A stretch of 64,000 nt of DNA from an uncultured Alphaproteobacteria bacterium (GCA_963747175.1 CAVVDW010000021.1:612-64611); one strand, 5' to 3'; positions 49,751-59,505 are shown, counted from the stretch's first letter. Made by a program: numbers and translations. Notes: generated from the sequence alone by a model not told the origin.

Positions 49751-50419
49751 ATGGAACTCTCGACCGGATCGTTCGTCAGCTTCGGCTGGGAAACCTTCAA
49801 GAAGCGCCCGTGGTTCTTCATCGGCGCGAGCGTCGTCGTCCTGATCGTTTATCTTGTGGCCGGATCGCTCGTCGAGGCCATCGACAGCGCCTTTTCGGGC
49901 AACCCGAAGGATCCCTCCCTTGTCGGCTCGGTGCTCAATCTCGCTTTGAGCACCCTGATCAACATGGGTGTGACCGCGTTTTACCTGAACGCGCACGACA
50001 ATCCCGAAACCGTCACGCTGTCATCGCTCTGGCACCCGCAGTCGTTTTGGAACTTTCTCGCGGCGACGATTCTCACAGGCCTTGCGATCATTGCCGGGTT
50101 TATCCTGCTCATCGTGCCGGGCATCATCTTCATGTTGATGTTCATGTTCACGATGTTCATCGTCATCGACCGTGGGCTCGGCCCGATCGTGGCGATGAAA
50201 GAGAGCAGGCGCATCACGCGCGGCTACAAATGGCAGCTGCTCGGTTTCGTTCTGGTGCTGACGCTCATCAACCTAGTCGGCGCGCTGGCCGTTTTGGTCG
50301 GGCTTCTCGTCACCATACCGGTCACGTCGCTCGCCTTCGTGCACGCTTATCGCGCGCTGACCGCCAACGCTGGTGCGCCTCCCGCGGTCATGGCGCCTCA
50401 GGCGACGCCGGTTACCTGA
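49751..50419 (+). CDS. Integral membrane protein, DUF975-like
   Basis: Hydrophobic segments; FILLIVPGII, AMKES..IT.G.KWQL. Confidence 0.8.
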   Translation: MELSTGSFVSFGWETFKKRPWFFIGASVVVLIVYLVAGSLVEAIDSAFSGNPKDPSLVGSVLNLALSTLINMGVTAFYLNAHDNPETVTLSSLWHPQSFWNFLAATILTGLAIIAGFILLIVPGIIFMLMFMFTMFIVIDRGLGPIVAMKESRRITRGYKWQLLGFVLVLTLINLVGALAVLVGLLVTIPVTSLAFVHAYRALTANAGAPPAVMAPQATPVT

Positions 50420-50433
50420 CATCCGCGCGAGGC

Positions 50434-51234
50434 TTATTTCACGCTCGGAACGTTGGGAACGACGAAATCGCGGACGTGACTTCCAAAGCCGGGGTTCGAT
50501 TCCGGCCCGACGATGGCGTTCGTACCCTTATATCCAAGGCGGCTGACGCCCTTGTTACCGATGGTGAAGATATGCGCGGCCGGTACGCCGGTAGCCAGAA
50601 AGGCGTCCGCGACCACATCGGAGTCGACATAGCCATAACTCGGCACGATGGCATACTTCTCCTTCACCCCCTCGACCATCGAACGAAACAAGTCAGTGCC
50701 GTGTTCGTCCATCCACTCCGCCATCGCCGTGCCTCTGTCCTTGGCGTCGACGACGGCTTGCGAACCATCTCTCAGTAAAAGCAGCGTGTCGCCTGGGTCG
50801 GTCGGAAATCCGTTCGCCTTGAGCCAGTCAAGCGTCGCCTCGCACATGCTTTTGCCGAGCACGTTCATTTGGCGGGGGCGTCCCGCCATGTAGACGATTA
50901 AATATCCGCGACGGAGATAGATGTTCATCATCAAGGCGGCATCCTCGCGCGGATAGGCGACACCCAGGTCGAGAAATGCGGCATTGGTCGGGCCGTAGTC
51001 CAGCAGGACATACTGGCTGAGCACGCCATCGATATCGGCTAGGACAGCGGGCCGGTTCTGCAGTTTTGCCGCATCCGTCCCGGAGATCTCCCCGCAGGTG
51101 TCGACCTGCTCGGCGGCGATCGACGGGGCTGTAGCTGCCAGCGCCAAAGCAAGACCGGTTGCCGCCGTTATGAGCGCGCGTCTCATGACCAAGCGACTCT
51201 TTGAATGTATTCGAGAGCGGGCGGCTGCGGTCAT
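50434..51234 (-). CDS. Secreted HAD-fold protein resembling the LNS2 (lipin/Nir2-RdgB C-terminal) domain
   Basis: SD AGGAG; signal peptide; VLADIDGV, YMAGRP, WL..NGFP, YGYVDSD. Confidence 0.7.
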   Translation of the reverse strand: MTAAARSRIHSKSRLVMRRALITAATGLALALAATAPSIAAEQVDTCGEISGTDAAKLQNRPAVLADIDGVLSQYVLLDYGPTNAAFLDLGVAYPREDAALMMNIYLRRGYLIVYMAGRPRQMNVLGKSMCEATLDWLKANGFPTDPGDTLLLLRDGSQAVVDAKDRGTAMAEWMDEHGTDLFRSMVEGVKEKYAIVPSYGYVDSDVVADAFLATGVPAAHIFTIGNKGVSRLGYKGTNAIVGPESNPGFGSHVRDFVVPNVPSVK

Positions 51235-51293
51235 CGTCTTCTCCTTGATGCAGCCGTCCTGGGCTCTCACCACTCGGAAGAGGGAGTGAATGC

Positions 51294-52526
51294 TTATTCG
51301 GCAGGGACGAGCGGGCGCTGCGCGATCTTGGCGGCTTCGGCCGCATTGCGCGGATTGCGATAGACGAAGGGCGCAGGTGGCTTGGCCGCTTCGGCGCGGG
51401 CAAGCGCCACCATCTCGCCGTGATAGGGCGACAGCGCGCAGGCAGGATCCGTATTGCGAGCGTCGCCGGTGATGGCCATGGCTTGGCAGCGGCAGCCACC
51501 GAAGTCGATTTCCTTGAACGCGCAAGAGCGGCAGGGCTCCTTCATCCACTCGGTGCCGCGGAAGGCGTTGAACGCCTTGCCGTTCAGCCAGATGTCGAGC
51601 AGAGGCCGGTCGAGCACATTGTCGAACTCGAGGCCCTTGATCGTCTCGGCCGCATGGCAGGGGAGCACCTTGCCTGCTGGCGTGATGTTCATGAAGCCTT
51701 TGCCCCATCCGCCCATGCAGGGCTTCGGGCGCTTCGCGTAGTAATCGGGCACCACCATGTCGATGGTCAGCACGCCCTTGAGCCGCTCGCGCTCGCGCTC
51801 GACGAACTCGATCGATTCGAGTGTCTGCTCGTAAGTCGGGATCAGGGCGGCGCGGTTGAGATAAGCCCAGCCGTAATATTGCACATGGGCAACCTCGAGG
51901 CGCTGAGCGCCAAGTTTCACCGCAAGCTCGATATAGCGGGGGACATTGTGGATGTTCTGGCGATGGATGGGGGCGTTGACGGTCAGAGGAAGCCCGAGCT
52001 CGGTCACCCAGCGGGCGACGTCGAGCTTCTTTTGTGTGGCGCCGGGATATGCGCCGATCCGCTCGGCGTTTTCGGCGTCGACGTCCTGGAACGAGATCTG
52101 CACGTGATCGAGGCCGCGCTTGGCGAGGTCCTCGAGGCGTGCGCGGTTGAGCGTAACAGCGGCGGTGATCAGGTTCGAGTAGAGGCCCGCCTCTGACGCG
52201 GCCGAGACGATGTCCTCGAGGTCCTTGCGCGCGGTCGGCTCGCCACCCGAGAGGTGCACCTGCAGGATGCCCATCTCGCCGGCCTGTTTCATCACCGAGA
52301 TCCACATCTCGGTCGAGAGCTCCTTGTTGACGCGCTCGAGCTCGATCGGGTTCGAGCAATAGGAGCATTGCAGCGGGCAGCGATGGGTCAGCTCGGCAAG
52401 AAGGCCGACCGGCGCGCGGGCGCATAGCGCCGCCGTCGCGTTCTTGGTGCCGACCACGCCTTCCGTCGGCTCGTCATCGACGGTCACCGACGGACAATGC
52501 CCGTTGCCCTTAAGCTCTTCGCTCAT
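51294..52526 (-). CDS. pqqE: PqqA peptide cyclase (radical SAM/SPASM)
   Basis: [38 protein letters not shown]. Confidence 0.97.
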   Translation of the reverse strand: MSEELKGNGHCPSVTVDDEPTEGVVGTKNATAALCARAPVGLLAELTHRCPLQCSYCSNPIELERVNKELSTEMWISVMKQAGEMGILQVHLSGGEPTARKDLEDIVSAASEAGLYSNLITAAVTLNRARLEDLAKRGLDHVQISFQDVDAENAERIGAYPGATQKKLDVARWVTELGLPLTVNAPIHRQNIHNVPRYIELAVKLGAQRLEVAHVQYYGWAYLNRAALIPTYEQTLESIEFVERERERLKGVLTIDMVVPDYYAKRPKPCMGGWGKGFMNITPAGKVLPCHAAETIKGLEFDNVLDRPLLDIWLNGKAFNAFRGTEWMKEPCRSCAFKEIDFGGCRCQAMAITGDARNTDPACALSPYHGEMVALARAEAAKPPAPFVYRNPRNAAEAAKIAQRPLVPAE

Positions 52527-52825
52527 CCCTTTATGTACCCTTTGTCAGCCAGGCCCTGGAGCAAGTCCAGCACGTCGGCGCGGATCACGTCGGCCGGTGC
52601 CGAATATTCCTTGGCCAGAGCCTCGACGATTTCCTCTACGCTTCTCTTGCCGTCGCAGAGCTTGAGCACCGCAACGGCGGTCTGGTCCGGTGTGAGCACG
52701 CGCTCCGGCGCCAGCAACACCCACCGGTCGCGCCCCGCATCGAAGCGGAGCTTGAGATAGGTGGGCAAATGGGGCCGCGTCTCACGACCGACAACGAGAC
52801 GCTCCGGCAATGCGGCGTCGTTCAT
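52523..52825 (-). CDS. pqqD: PqqA-binding chaperone
   Basis: [14 protein letters not shown]...D..A..VL.LCDG. Confidence 0.95.
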   Translation of the reverse strand: MNDAALPERLVVGRETRPHLPTYLKLRFDAGRDRWVLLAPERVLTPDQTAVAVLKLCDGKRSVEEIVEALAKEYSAPADVIRADVLDLLQGLADKGYIKG

Positions 52826-53559
52826 CACGCTTTGCCCGGAACGAAGGCGCCGGGCGGAATCATGCCCGGATCGACATAAGCGAGATAAAGCGCGTCGAGC
52901 TGCGCCCACAGCACGTTGCATTTGAATCTGAGCGCATCCAGCGCGCCTTGCTGCGCCTCAGGCGTGCGCGCGTTGCGCTTCACGTATTGCAGGGCGAAAT
53001 CGGCATCATCAGGTGCCTGGGTGAGGCGGCGCTTGAAATACGCCATCACCTCGTCGCTGATGAAGTCGTAGCTCTCGAGCATGCCCGAGATGCGCTCCTT
53101 GTGGATCTTCGGCGCGAACAGCTCGGTGAGCGAGGAGGCGACGGCCTCGACCAGGGTCTTCTCCCGCACGAAATTGACATAGGCCTCGACGGCGAAGCGC
53201 GTCTCGGGCAGCGCGCCCTTCATGGAGATGACGTAGTCGCGGTCGAGCCCGAGCCCGTCGGTCAACACCAGCCAGCGCTCGATGCCGCCTTCTTCCTCGC
53301 CATAGCCGTCATGATCCATGATGCGATGAATCCAGTCGCGGCGGAGCTGGCGGTCATGGCAGCGGCTCATCAGGGCCGCGTCCTTGCGCGGCACGGCGGA
53401 CTGATAGCAATAGCGGTTCAGAGCCCAGGCCTGAACCTGGCCCTTGTTGAGCTTCCCGCCATGCAGCAGCTTATGAAACGGATGCTTGTCGTGATAGCGC
53501 TCGGCGCCAATGGCGCGAAGCTCTTGCTCCAGCTCCTCGGGACTCATGATCTTGGTCAC
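52825..53559 (-). CDS. pqqC: PQQ synthase
   Basis: RYH.KHPFH, WALNRY.YQ..VPRKDA, DHDG, SSLTELFAP.IH..R, FKC..LW..LD. Confidence 0.97.
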   Translation of the reverse strand: MTKIMSPEELEQELRAIGAERYHDKHPFHKLLHGGKLNKGQVQAWALNRYCYQSAVPRKDAALMSRCHDRQLRRDWIHRIMDHDGYGEEEGGIERWLVLTDGLGLDRDYVISMKGALPETRFAVEAYVNFVREKTLVEAVASSLTELFAPKIHKERISGMLESYDFISDEVMAYFKRRLTQAPDDADFALQYVKRNARTPEAQQGALDALRFKCNVLWAQLDALYLAYVDPGMIPPGAFVPGKA

Positions 53560-53813
53560 GGCGTTTACCTCTTGTCCTACCCGAGTGGCGATCAGGCACC
53601 TCCCATGGCGGTTCGTGGATGCGACCGCCTTGATGGGCGTCAACTGCTTGGCAGGCCTCTACAATAACTGAAGACCTTGGCAACGGAAACTTGGGGCGTA
53701 ATCCGACGAATGCAATATAGGGCGGCGCGATGAGAGTTGCATGAGCAGCCCATGAACACTGCCTCTATGCCTCATTAAGAAATTCTGAAGGGGAAGTGAG
53801 CGCCAAGAATCAC

Positions 53814-53848
53814 GAACGGCGATCGGGCTTTTCGCCGGATCGCCGTTC
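53814..53848 (-). terminator. Hairpin downstream of pqqA
   Basis: GAACGGCGATC / GATCGCCGTTC 11-bp stem; weak U-tract. Confidence 0.55.
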
Positions 53849-53876
53849 GCTTCGGTTCCGAGATGAGAAGGGCGGA

Positions 53877-53966
53877 TTAAGCGCGATCCAGCTCAGCCGG
53901 CAGGTAGCTCGTCACTTCCATGCCAGACTCCGTCTCCTCGATCGTCGGCTTGTGCCACTCACGCAT
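53877..53966 (-). CDS. pqqA: PQQ precursor peptide, 29 aa, absent from ORF track
   Basis: MREWHKPTIEETESGMEVTSYLPAELDRA; E-x3-Y core GMEVTSY; SD AAGGAG. Confidence 0.93.
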   Translation of the reverse strand: MREWHKPTIEETESGMEVTSYLPAELDRA

Positions 53967-54088
53967 GTAGGCTCTCCTTCCGCGAGTTTGGGCCAAGCAT
54001 GGCCGGTGCGGCCGGCGTTTTGCGAACCCGGATTTCGGCCGAACCGGCTCTGCACTTTCACCATGAGTGCCGACTATGATAATTTTAA

Positions 54089-54126
54089 ATCGTATTTCCT
54101 TATAGGAAGGATAAGGTCACCTTATC
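54089..54126. promoter_or_regulatory. OxyR-like four-box binding site
   Basis: ATCG-N7-TTAT-N7-ATAA-N7-TTAT vs consensus ATAG-N7-CTAT-N7-ATAG-N7-CTAT; includes the palindrome GATAAGGT-C-ACCTTATC. Confidence 0.65.
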
Positions 54127-54129
54127 GTC

Positions 54130-55041
54130 ATGGTCTCGCTTAGGCAGTTGCGCTACCTCGAATCTTTGGCCGAAACGCGCCATTTCGGCCATGCAGCGGA
54201 GGCTTGCGCCGTGAGCCAGCCGGCGCTCAGCATGCAGATCAAGGAACTCGAGGACGAGCTTCGCTTGAGCCTCGTCGAGCGGCGCAAGTCGGGGGTCGAG
54301 CTCACCGACCAGGGCGAGGAGATCGTCAGGCGCGCGCGGACCATCCTCGCCTCCGTGCGCGACCTCGTCGATTACGCCAAGCATCAGGAGGGCGTGCTGT
54401 CGGGCACCCTCAAGCTCGGCGCCATTCCCTCGATCGCGCCCTATCTCTTGCCGGCAGCTTTGCCCGAGCTGCATCGCCGCTTCCCCGCTCTCAACCTGCA
54501 ACTCCGCGAGACGCTGACTGCCAATCTCGTGCGCGAGCTCGTGACCGGCGATCTCGACGTGATCCTCGTCGCGCTGCCGATCGAGGACCCCGAGGTCGAG
54601 ACGCTTTCTCTCTTCGACGACCGGTTCATCCTTGCGACCAAGGCGTCCCCGCGCAACAAGCGGCTCCGTCACGCCAACGCGGACATGCTCGGCGAAGAGC
54701 GCCTGCTGCTCCTCGAGGAGGGCCACTGCCTGCGCGACCAGGCGCTCTCCTACTGCCATATGCTGACGCCTGAGGCGCGCGAGTCGTTCGGCGCCTCGAG
54801 CCTCGCCACCATCGTGCAGATGGTCGCCAACGGCTATGGCATCACGCTCCTGCCGGAGATGGCGATTGCGAGCGAGGTGCATCGCGGCGACATCCGCCTG
54901 TTGCGGTTTCGCGCGCCCGAGCCTAAACGCGAGATCGGGCTTGCCTGGCGCAAGACCTCACCGCGCAAGGCGGACTTTGAGCAGCTCGCCGAGTTGCTGC
55001 GCGATGTCGCCCCGCGACCCGGAAAACACGCGCTCAAGTAG
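54130..55041 (+). CDS. oxyR: OxyR-type LysR regulator
   Basis: LysR HTH; LLLEEGHCLRDQALSYC with both redox cysteines; SL.T.VQMVA.G.G.TLLP. Confidence 0.88.
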   Translation: MVSLRQLRYLESLAETRHFGHAAEACAVSQPALSMQIKELEDELRLSLVERRKSGVELTDQGEEIVRRARTILASVRDLVDYAKHQEGVLSGTLKLGAIPSIAPYLLPAALPELHRRFPALNLQLRETLTANLVRELVTGDLDVILVALPIEDPEVETLSLFDDRFILATKASPRNKRLRHANADMLGEERLLLLEEGHCLRDQALSYCHMLTPEARESFGASSLATIVQMVANGYGITLLPEMAIASEVHRGDIRLLRFRAPEPKREIGLAWRKTSPRKADFEQLAELLRDVAPRPGKHALK

Positions 55042-55084
55042 CGCAAAGCGCGGTAGCGCATAGAAACAGGCGCTCAAGTAGCGC
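55030..55084. repeat. GCGCTCAAGTAGCGC x2, self-complementary ends, 40-bp spacing
   Basis: Copies at 55030 and 55070; partial third copy between them. Confidence 0.75.
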
Positions 55085-55157
55085 GTTAAAGACAAGGTGC
55101 ACAAAGCACGGTGGCGCATAAAAAGAAGGAGGCAGGGAGACGCTGACCATCCAAATC

Positions 55158-56720
55158 ATGGTGCTCGTGGCGTTGCTGGTCTACGCCTGGGCAGGGGCCG
55201 TCGCTCTCGCGCGGCCGATCTCCGATTTCTATGCGGCGGGGCACGCGATTCCGGCTGCCTATAATGGGATGGCGATCGCCGCCTGCTTCGTCGCGGCGCT
55301 CGCTTACCCAACTCTTGCCGGCGTCCTGGGCCCGGGATGGCAGGGCTCGCTCCTCGTCCTTGCCGGCGGGGCAGGGGCGCTTCTCGCCATCGCTTTCTTG
55401 CTCGCGCCTTACCTTCGCAGGTTTGGCGGCTACACCCTTCCCGATTTCCTCGGCGAGCGCTTCGGCTCCGCCGGCTTGCGGCCACTCGCAGTCGCTGCGG
55501 TCTTTCTCTGCTCGTTTCCCGCACTTGCCGCTGTGCTTCTTGCTCTTGCCGTCATCGTCACCCGCCTCTTCGCGCTCGATCTCCCGAGCAGCCTTGGCGC
55601 GGCCGTGGCGATGCTCTTTCTCTGTACCTTCCTTGGCGGGATGCGCTCAGCGTCTCGCGCTGGCGTTTTGCAATATGCCGTCATGCTTGCGGGCTCAGTG
55701 GCCGCGCTCACCATCCTGCTTTGGCAGCGCCGTGCCACCTCGGGCGCACTCGATGCCAGCGCCCTGCTCGATGCGCTCGCGGCGCTTAACCTCGACATGT
55801 TCGTGGCGCCTGACCGCGTGAACCGGATCGCGCTCGTCTTTTGCCTCGTCGCCGGAACGGCCGCGCTGCCCCATCTCGTGGTGCGCACTTTCACCGCGCG
55901 TTCGATCGAGGAGGCGCGAAGCTCGTTTCTCTACGCCGTGCCCTTGCTCTTGGTGCTCTTCTTCCTTGCCGCGCCGGCCTATGCGCCGCTCTTCTCCGGA
56001 GAGGCTGTGGCGGCCGGCGATACGCTGTCGGGCGTCTCGATGGGGCTCATCGCGACCGCTGCGATCGCGGCCTTGCTTGCGCTCGGAAGCGGGCTCCTCC
56101 TTGCCATGGCGAACGCGATCTCTTACGACCTTTATTACAAGTCGTGGCATCTCACGGCGCCAGCCGACAGGAGGCTTCTCGTCGCGCGCGGTGCAATCCT
56201 GCTCGTGGCCGCGCTAGCAGCTCTCGCCGCGTTTTTTCTCCCACGCACGATGCTCGCATTTGCCGGCGCATCGTTCTCGGTTGCCGCGAGCGCGTTTCTG
56301 CCGGCGCTTCTGCTCGGAGTGTGGTGGAAGCGCGCCAACGGGCAGGGGGCGCTCGCGGGGATGATCGCGGGCCTTATCGTCTGTCTCTATTACATGATCG
56401 TGCCGCGCTATTTCCCTTACGCCTTCTACGAGACCTCGCGTCTCTTCTCGAGCGCATCCGAGCAGCAAGCCTCCGCTTACGACCTGCTGCAGCGGATGTA
56501 CTACCTCGCCGATCCCGCCAACCGGCCGGCGGTGGCCATGCTGTGGGAGCTGAATGTGCGCGCGATCGCCAATTGGTGGGGGGTGAGGGGCATCTTCGCA
56601 GGTGTGTTCGGCGTGCCGGTCGGCCTGGTCGTGACGATCGCCGTCAGCCTGCTCACGCCGGCGCCGTCAGAGGACGTGCAGAGCTTCGTCGAGGATCTGC
56701 GCAAGCCGCAGCCCGCTTAG
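55158..56720 (+). CDS. Sodium:solute symporter, ActP/VC_2705-like and divergent
   Basis: FYAAG..IPA.YNGMA, YTLPDFLG.RF, GTA.LPH...R.FT, LGVWWKR.N..GA..GM. Confidence 0.88.
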   Translation: MVLVALLVYAWAGAVALARPISDFYAAGHAIPAAYNGMAIAACFVAALAYPTLAGVLGPGWQGSLLVLAGGAGALLAIAFLLAPYLRRFGGYTLPDFLGERFGSAGLRPLAVAAVFLCSFPALAAVLLALAVIVTRLFALDLPSSLGAAVAMLFLCTFLGGMRSASRAGVLQYAVMLAGSVAALTILLWQRRATSGALDASALLDALAALNLDMFVAPDRVNRIALVFCLVAGTAALPHLVVRTFTARSIEEARSSFLYAVPLLLVLFFLAAPAYAPLFSGEAVAAGDTLSGVSMGLIATAAIAALLALGSGLLLAMANAISYDLYYKSWHLTAPADRRLLVARGAILLVAALAALAAFFLPRTMLAFAGASFSVAASAFLPALLLGVWWKRANGQGALAGMIAGLIVCLYYMIVPRYFPYAFYETSRLFSSASEQQASAYDLLQRMYYLADPANRPAVAMLWELNVRAIANWWGVRGIFAGVFGVPVGLVVTIAVSLLTPAPSEDVQSFVEDLRKPQPA

Positions 56721-56733
56721 CGGCAATGCAACG

Positions 56734-57354
56734 CTATTGCGCCGCGGGATTGGCCGCCGATTGCGCCTCGGGCTGCTGCTCGGTCTGATCGCCGAGAATG
56801 CGGAAGGAGTTGCGGAAGCGCTCGGCATCGTCGTCGGTGGCGTGGCCCTTGGGACCCGCCGACACGAGCATATAGATGCGGTCGCCGGCCGGAACGACGT
56901 CGACGAGGTGATTGAGCTTGCCCTTGCCGCTGTCGCCGTCCGCGATAGCCTCGAAGCCCGGACGTCCGGCGAGCGTCGCCTCGCCTCTCTTGCGCAGCCG
57001 CGAGTCGCTCCCCTTGGCGTAGGCGTTCACGAGCTTCACATAGAAGTCGTTGGTGATCGGGTTCGGCGCCTTGCCCGGAGGATATTCGAACACGACCACC
57101 GAGTAGATGGTGTCCTCGCCGACGTTCACCTGGAAATCGTATTGCAGGAGCGGGTTCTGCCCCTCGACCGGTGTGCTCGTCACCTTGGGCGCGCCGGGAA
57201 ACTCAATGGCGAAACCGCGCTCGGGCGATTGGAACTCGCTCCATTGCGGCTCGCTCGCCGGCGCTGGCTGTGTCGTGGGCTGGTCCTCCGCGGCCACCGG
57301 CGAGACCGCGGCCAACAGCAGCAGCGAAGCCAAGGTCAAGCTTCTGATCGACAT
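56734..57354 (-). CDS. Secreted hypothetical protein
   Basis: Signal peptide; W..F.S....F...FPG.P pattern. Confidence 0.75.
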   Translation of the reverse strand: MSIRSLTLASLLLLAAVSPVAAEDQPTTQPAPASEPQWSEFQSPERGFAIEFPGAPKVTSTPVEGQNPLLQYDFQVNVGEDTIYSVVVFEYPPGKAPNPITNDFYVKLVNAYAKGSDSRLRKRGEATLAGRPGFEAIADGDSGKGKLNHLVDVVPAGDRIYMLVSAGPKGHATDDDAERFRNSFRILGDQTEQQPEAQSAANPAAQ

Positions 57355-57438
57355 CGCGCTTCCCTTCGTCGATTACCGCCCGATTCGCCCATCTTAGCTC
57401 ATCGTGACGGAGGGTCCATCCCGCCGAGGGAGTGATCC

Positions 57439-59055
57439 TTAGCCTTGCGGCTGGGACTTCAGGACCTTCTCATACATCGCCTCGGCGTCCTGCTTCAGCG
57501 CGCGCCGGGAATCCGGGCGGAGATAGAGCATGTGGCCACCGGCATAATCCTCGACCGTGATCGGGGTCGCGCCTTGAAGCGGCGGAAGCTGGTTCACGAG
57601 ATAAGACGGGGCGAGATAGGGCGTGATCAGATCCGTGTAGCCCGCGGCGATGAGAACGCCGAGCGAGCGGTTGGCGGTGCGCGCATCCTGGATGTCGTCG
57701 ATCACCCCGGCGTAGCCTTGATGGGTCGGGCTCGTGCCGAAATCCCATTTCGAGCGAACATCGCGATTGAGCAGCCGATAGGTGGCTTCGGTCTTATACG
57801 AGAGCTCGTCCTGCGCATATTGGATGAAGGCCGCGGTCCATAGCGGCACGGTCGAGTCGAGAACCGGGTCGGGCCCGCGCGGCCATGAGCTTGCAGGGTT
57901 CGGATCGGGCCCGCCGACACTTCCGTCATAGCGGCTCAACACCTGACCGTGGGAGCGGTCGAACTCCTTGATGAAGACGGGCGGCTCGATGCGGGCGAGA
58001 TGCCGCTCGACCACCTCCGCCGGGAGTCCGGTCAACTCGGCAACCTTGCCGCTCGCGAGCTTCCCGCCTTCCTCGGCTCCGGAGGCGAGATCCACCAGAT
58101 AGTCCGACAGCGCATAATGCTCGGCGTCCTTGAGCGCGGTCCCAAGCGCCTCCCGCCCGGTGACGCCTTTGCTCTCGAGATTGACCGCCGCATAAGAGGG
58201 GAGCGCGAGCGCCCAGGAGAGCGGGTCGTAATCCTCGCCATTGAGAAGCGCGAATTCGAGCGCGGGCGAGATGAGAACGAACCCGCTCGGCGACACGCCG
58301 CCCTTTTTCTGCAGATCGCGCGTGATGGTGACGGCGCGGAAGCCGCCATAGCTCTCTCCGGTCAGGAACACCGGCGAGGACATCCGCCCGTTGTCGATAA
58401 GATACGTGCGAATGAAATCAGCGAGATATTCGGTGTCGTGCTCGATGCCGAAGAAGTCGCGCTCGTCCTTGCCGTCAGCCACGCGGCTGTAGCCGGTGCC
58501 GACCGGATCGACGAAGACGAGGTCGGTGAAGTCGAGCCAGCTCGAATCGTTATCGACGAGGTGGGGAGGGGGGCCTTGCACCTCGCCCTTGGCCGAGACC
58601 TCGATCGCCTTCGGTCCGAGAGCGCCGAGATGGAGATAGGCGGAGGCGGCGCCGGGACCGCCGTTGAACACGAAGGTGATGGGACGCTTGCTGTCGCCCG
58701 GCTCCCGCGCATAGGCGACATAGAAGATCGAGGCGAGCGGCTTGCCCTGCTCATCGCGCACGGGAAGCGTTCCGGCCGTCGCGGCGTAATGGATCGTCTC
58801 TCCGGAGAGGGTGATCGTGTGATGCGTGACCGAAGTTGGCGGCAGGAGATCGGGAGCCGCTTCATGCTCGGACTTCGCCTCAGCCTGCCCCTCCTTTCCA
58901 CTGGGCGCGCTCGCCTGGCTGACCTCGGTGGCGATCGCCTGCGCGGCGTCCTCTGCGGGGGCGGGCGCGAGCGATGCGAGCATCAGAAGGCACGCACCGA
59001 GGCCCAAGACGCAAGCGATGCGGCGGTAAGCCTTTGTCACTGAGCTTTGCTCCAT
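57439..59055 (-). CDS. S10-family serine carboxypeptidase
   Basis: FNGGPG.AS, DPVGTG.S, GESYG, D.IT, GGHM.Y. Confidence 0.92.
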   Translation of the reverse strand: MEQSSVTKAYRRIACVLGLGACLLMLASLAPAPAEDAAQAIATEVSQASAPSGKEGQAEAKSEHEAAPDLLPPTSVTHHTITLSGETIHYAATAGTLPVRDEQGKPLASIFYVAYAREPGDSKRPITFVFNGGPGAASAYLHLGALGPKAIEVSAKGEVQGPPPHLVDNDSSWLDFTDLVFVDPVGTGYSRVADGKDERDFFGIEHDTEYLADFIRTYLIDNGRMSSPVFLTGESYGGFRAVTITRDLQKKGGVSPSGFVLISPALEFALLNGEDYDPLSWALALPSYAAVNLESKGVTGREALGTALKDAEHYALSDYLVDLASGAEEGGKLASGKVAELTGLPAEVVERHLARIEPPVFIKEFDRSHGQVLSRYDGSVGGPDPNPASSWPRGPDPVLDSTVPLWTAAFIQYAQDELSYKTEATYRLLNRDVRSKWDFGTSPTHQGYAGVIDDIQDARTANRSLGVLIAAGYTDLITPYLAPSYLVNQLPPLQGATPITVEDYAGGHMLYLRPDSRRALKQDAEAMYEKVLKSQPQG

Positions 59056-59180
59056 TTTGGGGGAGAGTGGGGCAGGGGCTTTTCGAGCAAAGACTTAAGC
59101 AGCAGACCGGGCAGTCTCAAGGCGACCGAACATTAAGCTTCGACCATCTGGGTGCCATGATTATGCGGGACTTACGCTTG

Positions 59181-59471
59181 ATGCCGAGGACCGTTCTGAC
59201 CATTGCCCTGCTCCTCCCTTTGCTTGGCGCCGCCGGCTGCGCCGACCGCGAGCAGATCCGCGCCAAGCAGGTTGCCGAGGAGGCGGATACGGCGAGCGCC
59301 GACGATGCCGCCTGCCGGCCCAAGGGCACTCCGGGAACCAAACCTTACGACGAATGCCGCCAGCAACTGGCGCAAGCGCGCGCCGAGAGGAACGCGGCGC
59401 AATATCAGAAGCGGCGGGATTTCGATCGCGTCCTCGGCGCCGGCACGTCGGACTCGGGCGGAAGCTACTGA
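59181..59471 (+). CDS. Small lipoprotein
   Basis: Lipobox-like AAGC; DDA.C...G..G..PY..CR. Confidence 0.7.
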   Translation: MPRTVLTIALLLPLLGAAGCADREQIRAKQVAEEADTASADDAACRPKGTPGTKPYDECRQQLAQARAERNAAQYQKRRDFDRVLGAGTSDSGGSY

Positions 59472-59505
59472 CGGCCGAGTGCCGAGAACGGCTAAATGCT
59501 CGACC

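Noticed and set aside
50434-52425. 663-aa fusion ORF
   Set aside because: First ~400 codons are an alternate frame of pqqE; real start is the SD-preceded ATG at 51234
53560-53876. pqqB remnant
   Set aside because: No metallo-beta-lactamase-like or PqqB C-terminal residues recognised in the minus-strand frames I read
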